36,865 bases of DNA from a virus (Duplodnaviria > Caudoviricetes): IMG/VR virus record IMGVR_UViG_3300044522_000791, positions 1 to 36,865 of that record. One strand, given 5' to 3'. Below the pieces are notes generated by a model, which worked only from the letters and a program-made list of their open reading frames with translations, was not told the origin of the DNA and made no database searches. The translations under genes were made by a program, and so were the position numbers. Of the stretch, positions 1 to 7,221 are shown one piece after another (the first letter of the stretch is position 1; the number at the start of each line of letters is the position of its first letter).

Positions 1-123
1 TTGTTGCGTTGGTTTGGTTTGGTCGGGCAATTCTCTTTTATCTTATGTGCTTGGGGTGCTTTGTTTCTTTGTGTTCCTTTGGTCTTTTGTTCTTGGTTTG
101 TTGGGGTATTAGATGGGGGATTG

Positions 124-199
124 TGTAGCTACATTTATAAAAATATAATGATTTTTTGTAGCTACATTCAGAATTTTACTATAACTTTGTAGCTACAAA
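124..199. promoter_or_regulatory. Three copies of the perfect palindrome TGTAGCTACA (124-133, 157-166, 188-197), probable operator array
   Basis: Identical 10-bp palindromes spaced 33 and 31 bp apart. The third extends to TTTGTAGCTACAAA (186-199). Copies overlap the TTTG (155-158) and TAACTTTG (182-189) promoter elements. Confidence 0.75.
182..189 (+). promoter_or_regulatory. Bacteroidota-type -7 promoter element TAACTTTG
   Basis: Matches TAnnTTTG, 30 nt upstream of ATG 220, with TTTG at 155-158. Confidence 0.65.
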
Positions 200-219
200 C
201 TAAAAATAACAAAATAACT

Positions 220-477
220 ATGAAAACAGCCATGCAAAATGTATTAGATTTAGTACAGAAAAGATTAAATGAGTTTGATGGATTAAATGGATTTGAAGTT
301 ACAATGATGAAGCAGGAATTAAATTGGTTTAAAGATATTTTGACCAATAAGCTTGAAGAAGAAAAAGAGCAGATAATAGAAGCTTATAATCAGGCTGATT
401 TAGATGGTTATTTCCAAAAAACATATCCAAAATATGCTGAACAATACTACAATAAAACCTATAACCAAAACAAATAA
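220..477 (+). CDS. hypothetical phage protein (EKEQIIEAY motif)
   Basis: 85-aa ORF with A-rich leader, first gene after a promoter. Confidence 0.75.
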   Translation: MKTAMQNVLDLVQKRLNEFDGLNGFEVTMMKQELNWFKDILTNKLEEEKEQIIEAYNQADLDGYFQKTYPKYAEQYYNKTYNQNK

Positions 478-483
478 CCTATG
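464..483 (+). repeat. Gene-junction repeat ACCAAAACAAATAACCTATG (also 656-675; 17-nt core at 2192-2208)
   Basis: Identical 20-mer spanning stop, spacer and start at two consecutive junctions; partial third copy before the endonuclease gene. Confidence 0.85.
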
Positions 484-669
484 GATGAAAGAAATGATTA
501 TAATTCAATACCAATACAACCTATTGATAAGGTAACAAGATTTGAAGTAATAGACCATACTAAAAAACAAAGAGGCAGAATAGTTGTAGAGTATGGAGTT
601 AAAGTTGAGGTGTCTATTCAAGATGATGGTAAAACAATGAAAGTATTTATAACAGACCAAAACAAATAA
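481..669 (+). CDS. hypothetical phage protein
   Basis: 62-aa ORF tightly packed between the junction repeats. Confidence 0.75.
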   Translation: MDERNDYNSIPIQPIDKVTRFEVIDHTKKQRGRIVVEYGVKVEVSIQDDGKTMKVFITDQNK

Positions 670-672
670 CCT

Positions 673-1008
673 ATGAAAAATGAAGAAAAAAAACTTTTGG
701 AAAGAGATTATGATATTTTATTACCAAAAGACGATACAGTATCACCATTGAAAATAGTGGCTGAACAATTAAATAAAATTGGCATAACCAATGTTTTAAT
801 AAATACAGATTCTAAAACAAAAAATAAAATAAGATGCAATATTAACTGGGAGTTTGCTTGGCATCGTGATCCTATTAATTACCCATTAAATAATAATCCA
901 AATGTAGATGTAAAGTTTAGTTTATCAGGCGTTAATTTTATTATAGTATCTGAACCAGAACCTAAAAAAGAGCATTACCCAAGTGATGAAAATACCCCAA
1001 ATAAGTAA
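673..1008 (+). CDS. hypothetical protein
   Basis: 111-aa ORF in the operon, 3-nt spacing on both sides. Confidence 0.7.
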   Translation: MKNEEKKLLERDYDILLPKDDTVSPLKIVAEQLNKIGITNVLINTDSKTKNKIRCNINWEFAWHRDPINYPLNNNPNVDVKFSLSGVNFIIVSEPEPKKEHYPSDENTPNK

Positions 1009-1011
1009 AAA

Positions 1012-1362
1012 ATGGCAAAAAGCAAACCAATTGGAGTTAGATTTGACTTAGATAAATTAGAAACAATTCAAAAAGAGCAAAATTTCACATCTACACAAGC
1101 TGTGGTAAATTTTTTAGTAGATAGATACTTTGAAAATAAAGTAAATACTATTTTAATGACTCCTTTTGGAGATATGATTGCTTCAGATGGCCGTAATATG
1201 CGTAAAAAGAAGTTCAAATTAGACGATTCTTTCGTAAAGGCTATGGAAGATACCAAAAATGAATTAAATGCCTTAGAATCGCTTAAAAATAGCAATCCTG
1301 AACCTCCAATTGGACTTAAAGGAATAGATTTAACCATTTGGAAGTCTGAAAATTGGAAATAA
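1012..1362 (+). CDS. putative ribbon-helix-helix DNA-binding protein
   Basis: N-terminal KSKPIGVRFD (alternating beta strand) followed by two helix-like segments (LDKLETIQKE, TQAVVNFLVDRYF), an Arc/CopG-like pattern. Confidence 0.55.
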   Translation: MAKSKPIGVRFDLDKLETIQKEQNFTSTQAVVNFLVDRYFENKVNTILMTPFGDMIASDGRNMRKKKFKLDDSFVKAMEDTKNELNALESLKNSNPEPPIGLKGIDLTIWKSENWK

Positions 1363-1377
1363 TTCGTAAATTAGCGT

Positions 1378-1527
1378 ATGAGTAAATTAAAAATGATGAA
1401 AAGAGCTGACGGATCATCATCCAAACATGGATTATGGGATTCAATTCGTGAAAATAAAGGAAGTGGCAAGAAACCAACTCCTGAAATGCTAAAACAGGAG
1501 AAAAAGATTAAAGCTGAAAGCAAATGA
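1378..1527 (+). CDS. small basic phage protein, 49 aa (not in ORF track): MSKLKMMKRADGSSSKHGLWDSIRENKGSGKKPTPEMLKQEKKIKAESK
   Basis: Translated by hand; fills the gap and overlaps the next gene by ATGA; TAAATTAG promoter-like element just upstream. Confidence 0.75.
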   Translation: MSKLKMMKRADGSSSKHGLWDSIRENKGSGKKPTPEMLKQEKKIKAESK

Positions 1528-1727
1528 TCTTTGAACCAAATAATCGGGTAGAGGTTACAACGCCAAAAGGAGATGGAATTATATGGTTAGTTTTAGATTA
1601 TGGACACGAAACGGATACGATTTATACAATTATAATAAACGATACTGGTGAGTTTTGGCAATTTGCCCATAAAGACATCAGAGCAAAATCAAATATAACT
1701 TATGGCAGAAGCTTGGCAAAGATCTGA
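1524..1727 (+). CDS. hypothetical protein
   Basis: 67-aa ORF translationally coupled to the upstream gene. Confidence 0.7.
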   Translation: MIFEPNNRVEVTTPKGDGIIWLVLDYGHETDTIYTIIINDTGEFWQFAHKDIRAKSNITYGRSLAKI

Positions 1728-1989
1728 AGGTAAAAATTTAACAGGTGGCGGTCTAAACCAAAAAGGTCGTGATTCATATAATCATGCTCATGGTGGTCAT
1801 CTTAAAGCTCCTGTTAAGTCTGGAGTTAATCCTCGTAGAGTTTCATTTGCAGCTCGCTTTTCTGGTATGTTAGGTGCTATGAAAAAACCTAATGGTGAGC
1901 CAACTAGAAAAGCACTTGCTTTAAAAGCTTGGGGATTTGGTAGCGTTGAAGCAGCTCGTAAGTTTGCTAATACACATAAAAAATCTTAG
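1702..1989 (+). CDS. small basic phage protein, DUF6321-like
   Basis: AWQRSEGKN..GGLNQKGR..Y, RRVSFAARF.GM and RKALALKAWG motifs, recalled from a widespread phage family. Confidence 0.7.
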   Translation: MAEAWQRSEGKNLTGGGLNQKGRDSYNHAHGGHLKAPVKSGVNPRRVSFAARFSGMLGAMKKPNGEPTRKALALKAWGFGSVEAARKFANTHKKS

Positions 1990-2019
1990 TTCTACACCAT
2001 TAATAGTATTTTTGGCCTG

Positions 2020-2047
2020 ACGCTTCTTAATTGAAGCGTTTCTTTTA
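2020..2047 (+). terminator. Rho-independent terminator
   Basis: ACGCTTC-ttaatt-GAAGCGT hairpin followed by TTCTTTT, downstream of the operon. Confidence 0.65.
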
Positions 2048-2052
2048 TTAAT

Positions 2053-2151
2053 TGTCCAGTTTTTGATATTAAAAACTTGACATTTGCCAAAGTCGGTAAT
2101 TATTTTCAGCCAAAGTCCAAATTAGTGTCACAAATTTTAAAATAATTGTGA
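2053..2151. repeat. Cluster of imperfect palindromes and direct repeats (left part)
   Basis: TGTCCAGTTTTTGAT/ATTAAAAACTTGACA (13 of 15 paired, 2053-2082); GCCAAAGTC twice (2086, 2109); TGTCACAA...TTGTGA (2126-2151). Confidence 0.6.
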
Positions 2152-2181
2152 GGTTTGTCACTTATTTGTCACAAAATATAT

Positions 2182-2189
2182 TATCTTTG
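2182..2189 (+). promoter_or_regulatory. -7 promoter element TATCTTTG
   Basis: TAnnTTTG 16 nt upstream of the endonuclease ATG. Confidence 0.6.
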
Positions 2190-2205
2190 TAAAAACAAAT
2201 AACCT

Positions 2206-2613
2206 ATGAAGAAATGTAGCAAGTGTAGAAAAGTAAAGCTATTAAATGAATATAATAAGTCAAAGTCAGGAAAATTTGGAGTTCATCATTATTGTATGAT
2301 ATGTCTTCGTGAAAATAAAAAAATTCATTATAATCATGATAAAGCCAAATTTCGGTTTATTCAAAATAAATATAAATTAAATGAATTAGAATTAAATGAA
2401 ATGTTTATTTCACAAAATAAAAAGTGTAAAATATGCCAAACTAAATACGATTTATTATCAAGGCACAATGGGTTGTATATAGACCATTGTCATAAAACAG
2501 GTAAAGTAAGAGGGTTGTTATGTATGAGTTGTAATAGATTATTAGGTAATTGTAATGATAATATTGATATTTTAAAATCATCTATCTTGTATATAACCGA
2601 ATTCGATGCGTAA
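2206..2613 (+). CDS. endonuclease VII-family (His-Me finger) nuclease, probably a free-standing homing endonuclease
   Basis: N-terminal CxxC..CxxC; C-terminal QNKKCKIC...IDHCHKTGKVRGLLCMSCNRLLG signature. Confidence 0.85.
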   Translation: MKKCSKCRKVKLLNEYNKSKSGKFGVHHYCMICLRENKKIHYNHDKAKFRFIQNKYKLNELELNEMFISQNKKCKICQTKYDLLSRHNGLYIDHCHKTGKVRGLLCMSCNRLLGNCNDNIDILKSSILYITEFDA

Positions 2614-2626
2614 TTATCCCATTATC

Positions 2627-2765
2627 TGTGACATAGTAGGGGTTAATTCGGTTATATCTTGTAACATATAATAGGTAAAAAGTAGTAGTATTACTACCTA
2701 AAGCATATAAAATCTTGTTGTACCTAAATTATAAAATGTTGCATATAATGCTATATAATTGTATA
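2627..2765. repeat. Cluster of short palindromes (right part)
   Basis: TGTGACA (2627); AATTCGGTTATAT (2645-2657, inverted copy of 2591-2603); GTAGTA-T-TACTAC (2685-2697); GCAT-ATA-ATGC (2741-2751); TATATAATTGTATA (2752-2765). Confidence 0.55.
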
Positions 2766-2807
2766 TCATTTAAATTAAATTAATTTAATTAATCTAATTA
2801 TATTATA

Positions 2808-2815
2808 TATATTTG
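2808..2815 (+). promoter_or_regulatory. -7 promoter element TATATTTG
   Basis: TAnnTTTG 18 nt upstream of ATG 2834. Confidence 0.6.
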
Positions 2816-2833
2816 TGGATAAATACATAATAC

Positions 2834-3841
2834 ATGGGAGCAAACCAAGGTCAATCAGCACTCGCAAGAACGTACAGAAAAAACAATAAAAGTATGCCGA
2901 CTTCTAAACTAGCTCGCATCATGTACAATGAAAATAAATTATTATTTAAAAACGAAGAAAGTGCAAGATCTACACTTAGATATGTAGAAGGTAAACTTGG
3001 AATAGCTTCAAGAGTTTTTGCAGAAAGAGTAGATCCTGATTTAATAATGAAAGAATCAAGACCATCAAATCCTTATAATTTACCCTCATCTGACGAAACT
3101 ATTTTTGAACCATTTGTGGTAAGTGGTCATAAAAAAATTGCAATATTTTCAGACATTCACGTCCCTTATCATAATATAGATTGCATTACAGCTGCAATTC
3201 AGTATTGCAAAAAAAGTAAGCCAGACGCGCTTTTGCTAAATGGTGATACCATTGATTGTCATAGATTAAGTAGATTTATAAAAGATCCTAAAAAACGTAA
3301 TTTTAAATTAGAATTAGATACTTTTAAAGCATTATTTGATGTATTTGAAAAAGAACTAAAATGTAAAATTTATTTTAAAATAGGCAACCACGAAGAAAGA
3401 TATGAGCATTTTCTTTATGAAAAAGCAGGTGAACTAGTTGGTATAGAAGAATTTGAATTTGAAAATATAATAAAAGCAAGAGCAAGGGGAATAGAAATTA
3501 TTGGAGATAAACGTCCAATGAAATTTAATAACCTTTGGGGTATTCATGGTCACGAATATGTTGGCGGTATTTCTGCTCCAGTAAACCCAGCAAGGGGATT
3601 GTTTTTAAAATCTAAAGTAAGTTGTTTCCAAGGACATAATCACCAAAGTTCTGAACATACAGAGCCTACCCTTACTGGTAAAATGGTAACTACTTGGTCA
3701 CTGGGTTGTATGAGTGAACTACATCCAGCTTATATGCCATTAAACAAATGGAACCATGGATTTGCTGAAGTGGAGTTAGATCCAAATGGAGAAGATTTTG
3801 AATTTACAAATAAGCGTATATTTAAGGGTAAAATAGTTTAA
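2834..3841 (+). CDS. calcineurin-like metallophosphoesterase with N-terminal extension
   Basis: SDIHVP, NGDTID, GNHE, HGHE and GHNH motifs in canonical order. Confidence 0.9.
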   Translation: MGANQGQSALARTYRKNNKSMPTSKLARIMYNENKLLFKNEESARSTLRYVEGKLGIASRVFAERVDPDLIMKESRPSNPYNLPSSDETIFEPFVVSGHKKIAIFSDIHVPYHNIDCITAAIQYCKKSKPDALLLNGDTIDCHRLSRFIKDPKKRNFKLELDTFKALFDVFEKELKCKIYFKIGNHEERYEHFLYEKAGELVGIEEFEFENIIKARARGIEIIGDKRPMKFNNLWGIHGHEYVGGISAPVNPARGLFLKSKVSCFQGHNHQSSEHTEPTLTGKMVTTWSLGCMSELHPAYMPLNKWNHGFAEVELDPNGEDFEFTNKRIFKGKIV

Positions 3842-3842
3842 T

Positions 3843-4280
3843 TTGAAAGCAATACTTTACATATTTACATTTTTAATAGCAATATTGCTAGCGTATGCTT
3901 TGAAAAATAGAATAAAAAAAGTAAGCCCTACTGGAAGTCAATTTATCATTCCCGGCGGTCAGTTTGATATGGATGTTAAGGTTATTATTACAGAAGATAC
4001 AGCTTACGCATTGAAATATGTAAAAGAAAATCTAGATTCTACAGCTAAATCAGAGGATTTTAATAGCAGGGGGACTACATTTACAAGTATTGGAGGAAAA
4101 AGCCCTATTATATGGATTCCAAATACAAATGATATCTCTATAATAAACCATGAACTGCTACATGTTACTATTAATATAATGGCATGGGCTGGTGTTCCAT
4201 TAACAGAAGATACCGAAGAAGTATATGCTTATGAGTTGCAATATTTATCTAAGCATTTTTATGACCATATAAATAAATAA
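3843..4280 (+). CDS. membrane-anchored protein with HExxH zincin-like motif
   Basis: TTG start, hydrophobic N-terminal helix, INHELLH followed by EEVYAY. Confidence 0.6.
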   Translation: MKAILYIFTFLIAILLAYALKNRIKKVSPTGSQFIIPGGQFDMDVKVIITEDTAYALKYVKENLDSTAKSEDFNSRGTTFTSIGGKSPIIWIPNTNDISIINHELLHVTINIMAWAGVPLTEDTEEVYAYELQYLSKHFYDHINK

Positions 4281-4283
4281 CTT

Positions 4284-4805
4284 ATGTTAGATGGTTTAAT
4301 TAAATTATTTGAATGGATAGGGGAATTCTGGCGCGAGTCTGTTTCGCCAATTGTTATCTTAAAAACATATGAAGCTGGTGTTTTATTAAGACTCGGAGTA
4401 TACAAACACGATCTTAAAGAAGGGGTTAATTTTAAATTTCCATTAATAGATTTAATTCATACAGCTAATAAAGCAATAGATACATTTCACGTTTCCCCTG
4501 TAGATATAACTACATTAGATGGTAAACAAGTAAGTGTAGAGCCTATTATAAAGTTTGATATAGTTGATCCTAAAAAGTTTTTACTTGATGTCAATAATGG
4601 GTCTGATAACCTACATGACATTTCTAGGGGTATAATAGCCGATTATTTAAGCGATTGCAACTGGGACGATATAAAGGAAAGGAAAACACTAACTGCCATT
4701 AAAAACGCTTTAAAAAGCGAATGTGATGAATTAGGAGTAAAAGTGTATAGGGTTTACTTTGGAAGAATAGTAACTACTAGAATGTTTACCGTATTCAAAG
4801 AGTAA
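4284..4805 (+). CDS. SPFH/band-7 (stomatin/HflC-like) domain protein
   Basis: YEAGVLLRLG...EGVNFKFP.ID, DITTLDG, I.DPKKF and LGVKV motifs. Confidence 0.85.
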   Translation: MLDGLIKLFEWIGEFWRESVSPIVILKTYEAGVLLRLGVYKHDLKEGVNFKFPLIDLIHTANKAIDTFHVSPVDITTLDGKQVSVEPIIKFDIVDPKKFLLDVNNGSDNLHDISRGIIADYLSDCNWDDIKERKTLTAIKNALKSECDELGVKVYRVYFGRIVTTRMFTVFKE

Positions 4806-4809
4806 TTTG

Positions 4810-4880
4810 ATGCTGAACATGGATTCGAACCATGAATAAATGCTCCAAAAGCACTTGTGTTGCCGTTACACTATTCAGCA
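4810..4880 (-). tRNA. trnQ: tRNA-Gln, anticodon TTG
   Basis: Reverse complement folds as acceptor TGCTGAA/TTCAGCA (U1-A72), D arm GTGT/ACAC, anticodon arm AGTGC-TTTTGGA-GCATT, T arm CATGG-TTCGAAT-CCATG; no encoded CCA. Confidence 0.93.
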
Positions 4881-4892
4881 TTTTATAAATTC

Positions 4893-5378
4893 TTATTTAT
4901 TTTTGGCTTCTTCTAGTATTGCCTTTCCCTTATCTGTTAACTCTCTTGAAAATAGCCTTAATTTCTTACCAGTGTTTGGGCACATAAACACAAGCCCAGC
5001 ATCTACAAAAGATCTTATTGTCAATTCTAGTACGCCTGCCGCGTCTGGACTAGCTCCTACAACTATCGGTTCGTCATAATCAAATTGCATGCAAAAGTCG
5101 CATCCGTCTAAAATTTTACTATTAACAGGTATTTTAGCTAATGCTTCTTCCATCATAGTATCTTGTTCTTTTACATCTACTTCTTTTTTCTTACTTTTTG
5201 CCATTGTTTTATTTCTTTGTTGGTTAGTGATTACTGGTTTATTCATTTTTTCTCTTCCTTTGTCTGTTAGATATAACATTTGTAAATCAAAATGAAAATC
5301 TTCTTTATCATTACGAGTTAAATCTGGATGAGTTTTAATTCTATGCATTACTTCTGCTTCTGTTATATATGTTTCCAT
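4893..5378 (-). CDS. hypothetical protein (possible second start at 5204)
   Basis: 161-aa ORF coupled to the upstream gene by TAATG; internal ATG 5204 has an A-rich leader. Confidence 0.7.
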   Translation of the reverse strand: METYITEAEVMHRIKTHPDLTRNDKEDFHFDLQMLYLTDKGREKMNKPVITNQQRNKTMAKSKKKEVDVKEQDTMMEEALAKIPVNSKILDGCDFCMQFDYDEPIVVGASPDAAGVLELTIRSFVDAGLVFMCPNTGKKLRLFSRELTDKGKAILEEAKNK

Positions 5379-5554
5379 TATCTTTCTACTTTTGTCATTT
5401 TATTGCAATATGGACATTCAACTTCTTCTATATGTCTTATTTCTTTTTTATCACCCCAATCAATCATATCAGTTTCTATTACAGAAACATGATATTTTCT
5501 ACATATTTCACACGTAATTTCAGCTACTTCGTATATAACACTAACTAATATCAT
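5378..5554 (-). CDS. small zinc-ribbon protein, 58 aa (not in ORF track)
   Basis: Hand translation MILVSVIYEVAEITCEICRKYH...VECPYCNKMTKVER; two CxxC pairs; overlaps both neighbours. Confidence 0.75.
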   Translation of the reverse strand: MILVSVIYEVAEITCEICRKYHVSVIETDMIDWGDKKEIRHIEEVECPYCNKMTKVER

Positions 5555-5888
5555 TTATATCTACTATTTTTACTTCCTCACCTGCAAGCATTGCGTCTAT
5601 AGTATCTTCTATCATTTCTCTTTGACTTGGACTTAATAATGCCGCTTTTTCTGTTATTGCCGAAACAGCAAACACATCGCTTGATAATTCTTTTTTAATA
5701 CCTACTTTTACTTCTTCAGAAATAGAAGGATGTGTTAATATATCTGTTGAAATCCATTGTATTTTATTTACATAAGATTTAAATAATCTAGATCCAGCAG
5801 AATCCGGGTATTCTCTTACAAAATCTTCGTAATGCTCTTGAGACAATTTTAAATGATGAATAGCAGATATTATATTTGATCCTTTCAT
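5541..5888 (-). CDS. hypothetical protein
   Basis: 115-aa ORF coupled to the exonuclease by TAATG. Confidence 0.75.
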   Translation of the reverse strand: MKGSNIISAIHHLKLSQEHYEDFVREYPDSAGSRLFKSYVNKIQWISTDILTHPSISEEVKVGIKKELSSDVFAVSAITEKAALLSPSQREMIEDTIDAMLAGEEVKIVDINDIS

Positions 5889-6631
5889 TAATTATTAAAA
5901 TTTAAATGTTTTAATTCTATTTCTGATAAAAACTCTCTTGCCATTTCCACTTTGTGTTGAATTTTTAATATAAAATCTTCATCTCTATCAATATTAAATA
6001 ATAATACTCTTTCTTTTATATCAATATCATCGAATTTCATGTTAAATTCTAATTTTAAAGATTCTTTTATAAATTCTGGACTTTCTTCAGAAATAACATT
6101 CATGTTTTTAAGTAAATAATACTTTTCTTGTTGAATAATACTTTCTGGAGTATTAGATAAACAATATGCTATTATACCCTTGGTTGCACCAGTAAGCCAC
6201 ATATATGATTGTATTTGAGCATAATACAATGAATCTAATTTATCTGGCAAGTTCCCTAAAAAAGTCCACAAATCATAGCTAGATTTTATATCTATAATAG
6301 CTTCTGCATTATGTATATCAGATCCTTCAAATATATCAGGAAGTCCTGTTATAAAATCATTTGTCACCCTTATTTCATTTTTATTAAATGGCTTTTTAAG
6401 ATATAATGAAAGCAAATCAATAGATTCATTTTCTACCTCTATGCCTTTCTTCATTTGCTTAGTTTGTATATCTTTTCTTCTTCCGTATTTCTCATAAACA
6501 TATACTTCTAATAAATGTTTTTGAGCTGTTTTAGATAACTTACCAGCTTCTTTATCTGCTTTTAATTGAGGCTCGCTCATTAAATATCCCACAGAGCTTG
6601 ATCTTATTTTTGTTTTAGAAAAGTCCATCAT
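5888..6631 (-). CDS. YqaJ/lambda-exonuclease-like PD-(D/E)xK nuclease
   Basis: IRSSSVG, MKKGIEVE, TGLPD, IDIKSS and YYAQIQSYMWLTG motifs. Confidence 0.85.
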   Translation of the reverse strand: MMDFSKTKIRSSSVGYLMSEPQLKADKEAGKLSKTAQKHLLEVYVYEKYGRRKDIQTKQMKKGIEVENESIDLLSLYLKKPFNKNEIRVTNDFITGLPDIFEGSDIHNAEAIIDIKSSYDLWTFLGNLPDKLDSLYYAQIQSYMWLTGATKGIIAYCLSNTPESIIQQEKYYLLKNMNVISEESPEFIKESLKLEFNMKFDDIDIKERVLLFNIDRDEDFILKIQHKVEMAREFLSEIELKHLNFNN

Positions 6632-6632
6632 T

Positions 6633-6995
6633 TTATTTATTTTTTAGTATTTGCAATTTATCATTATAATATTCTTTTAATTCCGGCTTGCCCTTAGCCA
6701 TAAAAAACCAAGCTTTTAATTCTTCTTCATTAGTACAAGCATCTATAAACATTTTTGTTTTTTCTATTAATGTTTGTGGAGTTTGGGTTTGTATTATTTG
6801 AGCAGGCTCTTCAAATCCAATTTCTGGAATATTTTTTACGCTTTTCAAATGATATTCTTCAACTAATCCTTTAGCAATATTTAATGCTTTATCAGCGGAT
6901 TCTCCTTGATGAAGGCAAACTTCTACTCCTATTTTTTCAGAACTATAATTACCTAAATTAAATGTTTTTGTGTAGCTAATTGTTTGAATATGCAT
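6633..6995 (-). CDS. hypothetical phage protein
   Basis: 120-aa ORF with TKTFNLGNYSSEKIGVE N-terminal motif, next to the exonuclease. Confidence 0.75.
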   Translation of the reverse strand: MHIQTISYTKTFNLGNYSSEKIGVEVCLHQGESADKALNIAKGLVEEYHLKSVKNIPEIGFEEPAQIIQTQTPQTLIEKTKMFIDACTNEEELKAWFFMAKGKPELKEYYNDKLQILKNK

Positions 6996-7001
6996 TGTTT
7001 A

Positions 7002-7199
7002 TTATTTTCTTCTTGTAACGGTTGTAGCGTTATTTACAACGTGTATTTTAAATATCTTATCTCTATGCTCTGGTTTTTTTCTTAATAAAGAAACCATAAC
7101 CATTACAGATGTGTAAGGATTTTGGAATGTAATACTTTGATCTTCTTTTAATTCTGCAACTTTTGTTGATACTGAATCAGGGCTTTTGCTTCTTGGCAT
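7002..7199 (-). CDS. small basic protein, possibly DNA-binding
   Basis: 65-aa first gene of the minus-strand operon. Confidence 0.65.
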   Translation of the reverse strand: MPRSKSPDSVSTKVAELKEDQSITFQNPYTSVMVMVSLLRKKPEHRDKIFKIHVVNNATTVTRRK

Positions 7200-7213
7200 A
7201 TTTTTTGTTTTGC

Positions 7214-7221
7214 CAAAGTTA
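7214..7221 (-). promoter_or_regulatory. -7 promoter element TAACTTTG (minus strand)
   Basis: 14 nt upstream of ATG 7199. Confidence 0.65.

Noticed and set aside
1-192. 63-aa ORF from the track
   Set aside because: TTG at the window edge, composition driven by G/T skew, and it runs over the operator/promoter region.
464-675. 20-bp repeats as a CRISPR array
   Set aside because: Only two full copies, separated by a whole gene; no cas genes.
1068-1337. Antisense ORF (likewise 8721-8993, 9908-10111, 11162-11422, 11694-11879, 13751-13990, 17139-17342, 17717-17911, 22256-22444, 28595-28801, 30238-30444, 30935-31135, 31255-31479, 32217-32453, 33514-33711, 35979-36161)
   Set aside because: Shadow frames opposite well-supported genes, with no motifs or expression signals.
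4810-4880. tRNA as a prophage attachment site
   Set aside because: No integrase or duplicated tRNA 3' end in the window, and phage genes lie on both sides.
4840-5295. Plus-strand ORFs 4840-5079 and 5089-5295
   Set aside because: Antisense to the tRNA and to gene 4893-5378.
6971-6978. TGTAGCTA as a fourth operator copy
   Set aside because: Only 8 of 10 bases, inside a coding region, palindrome incomplete.
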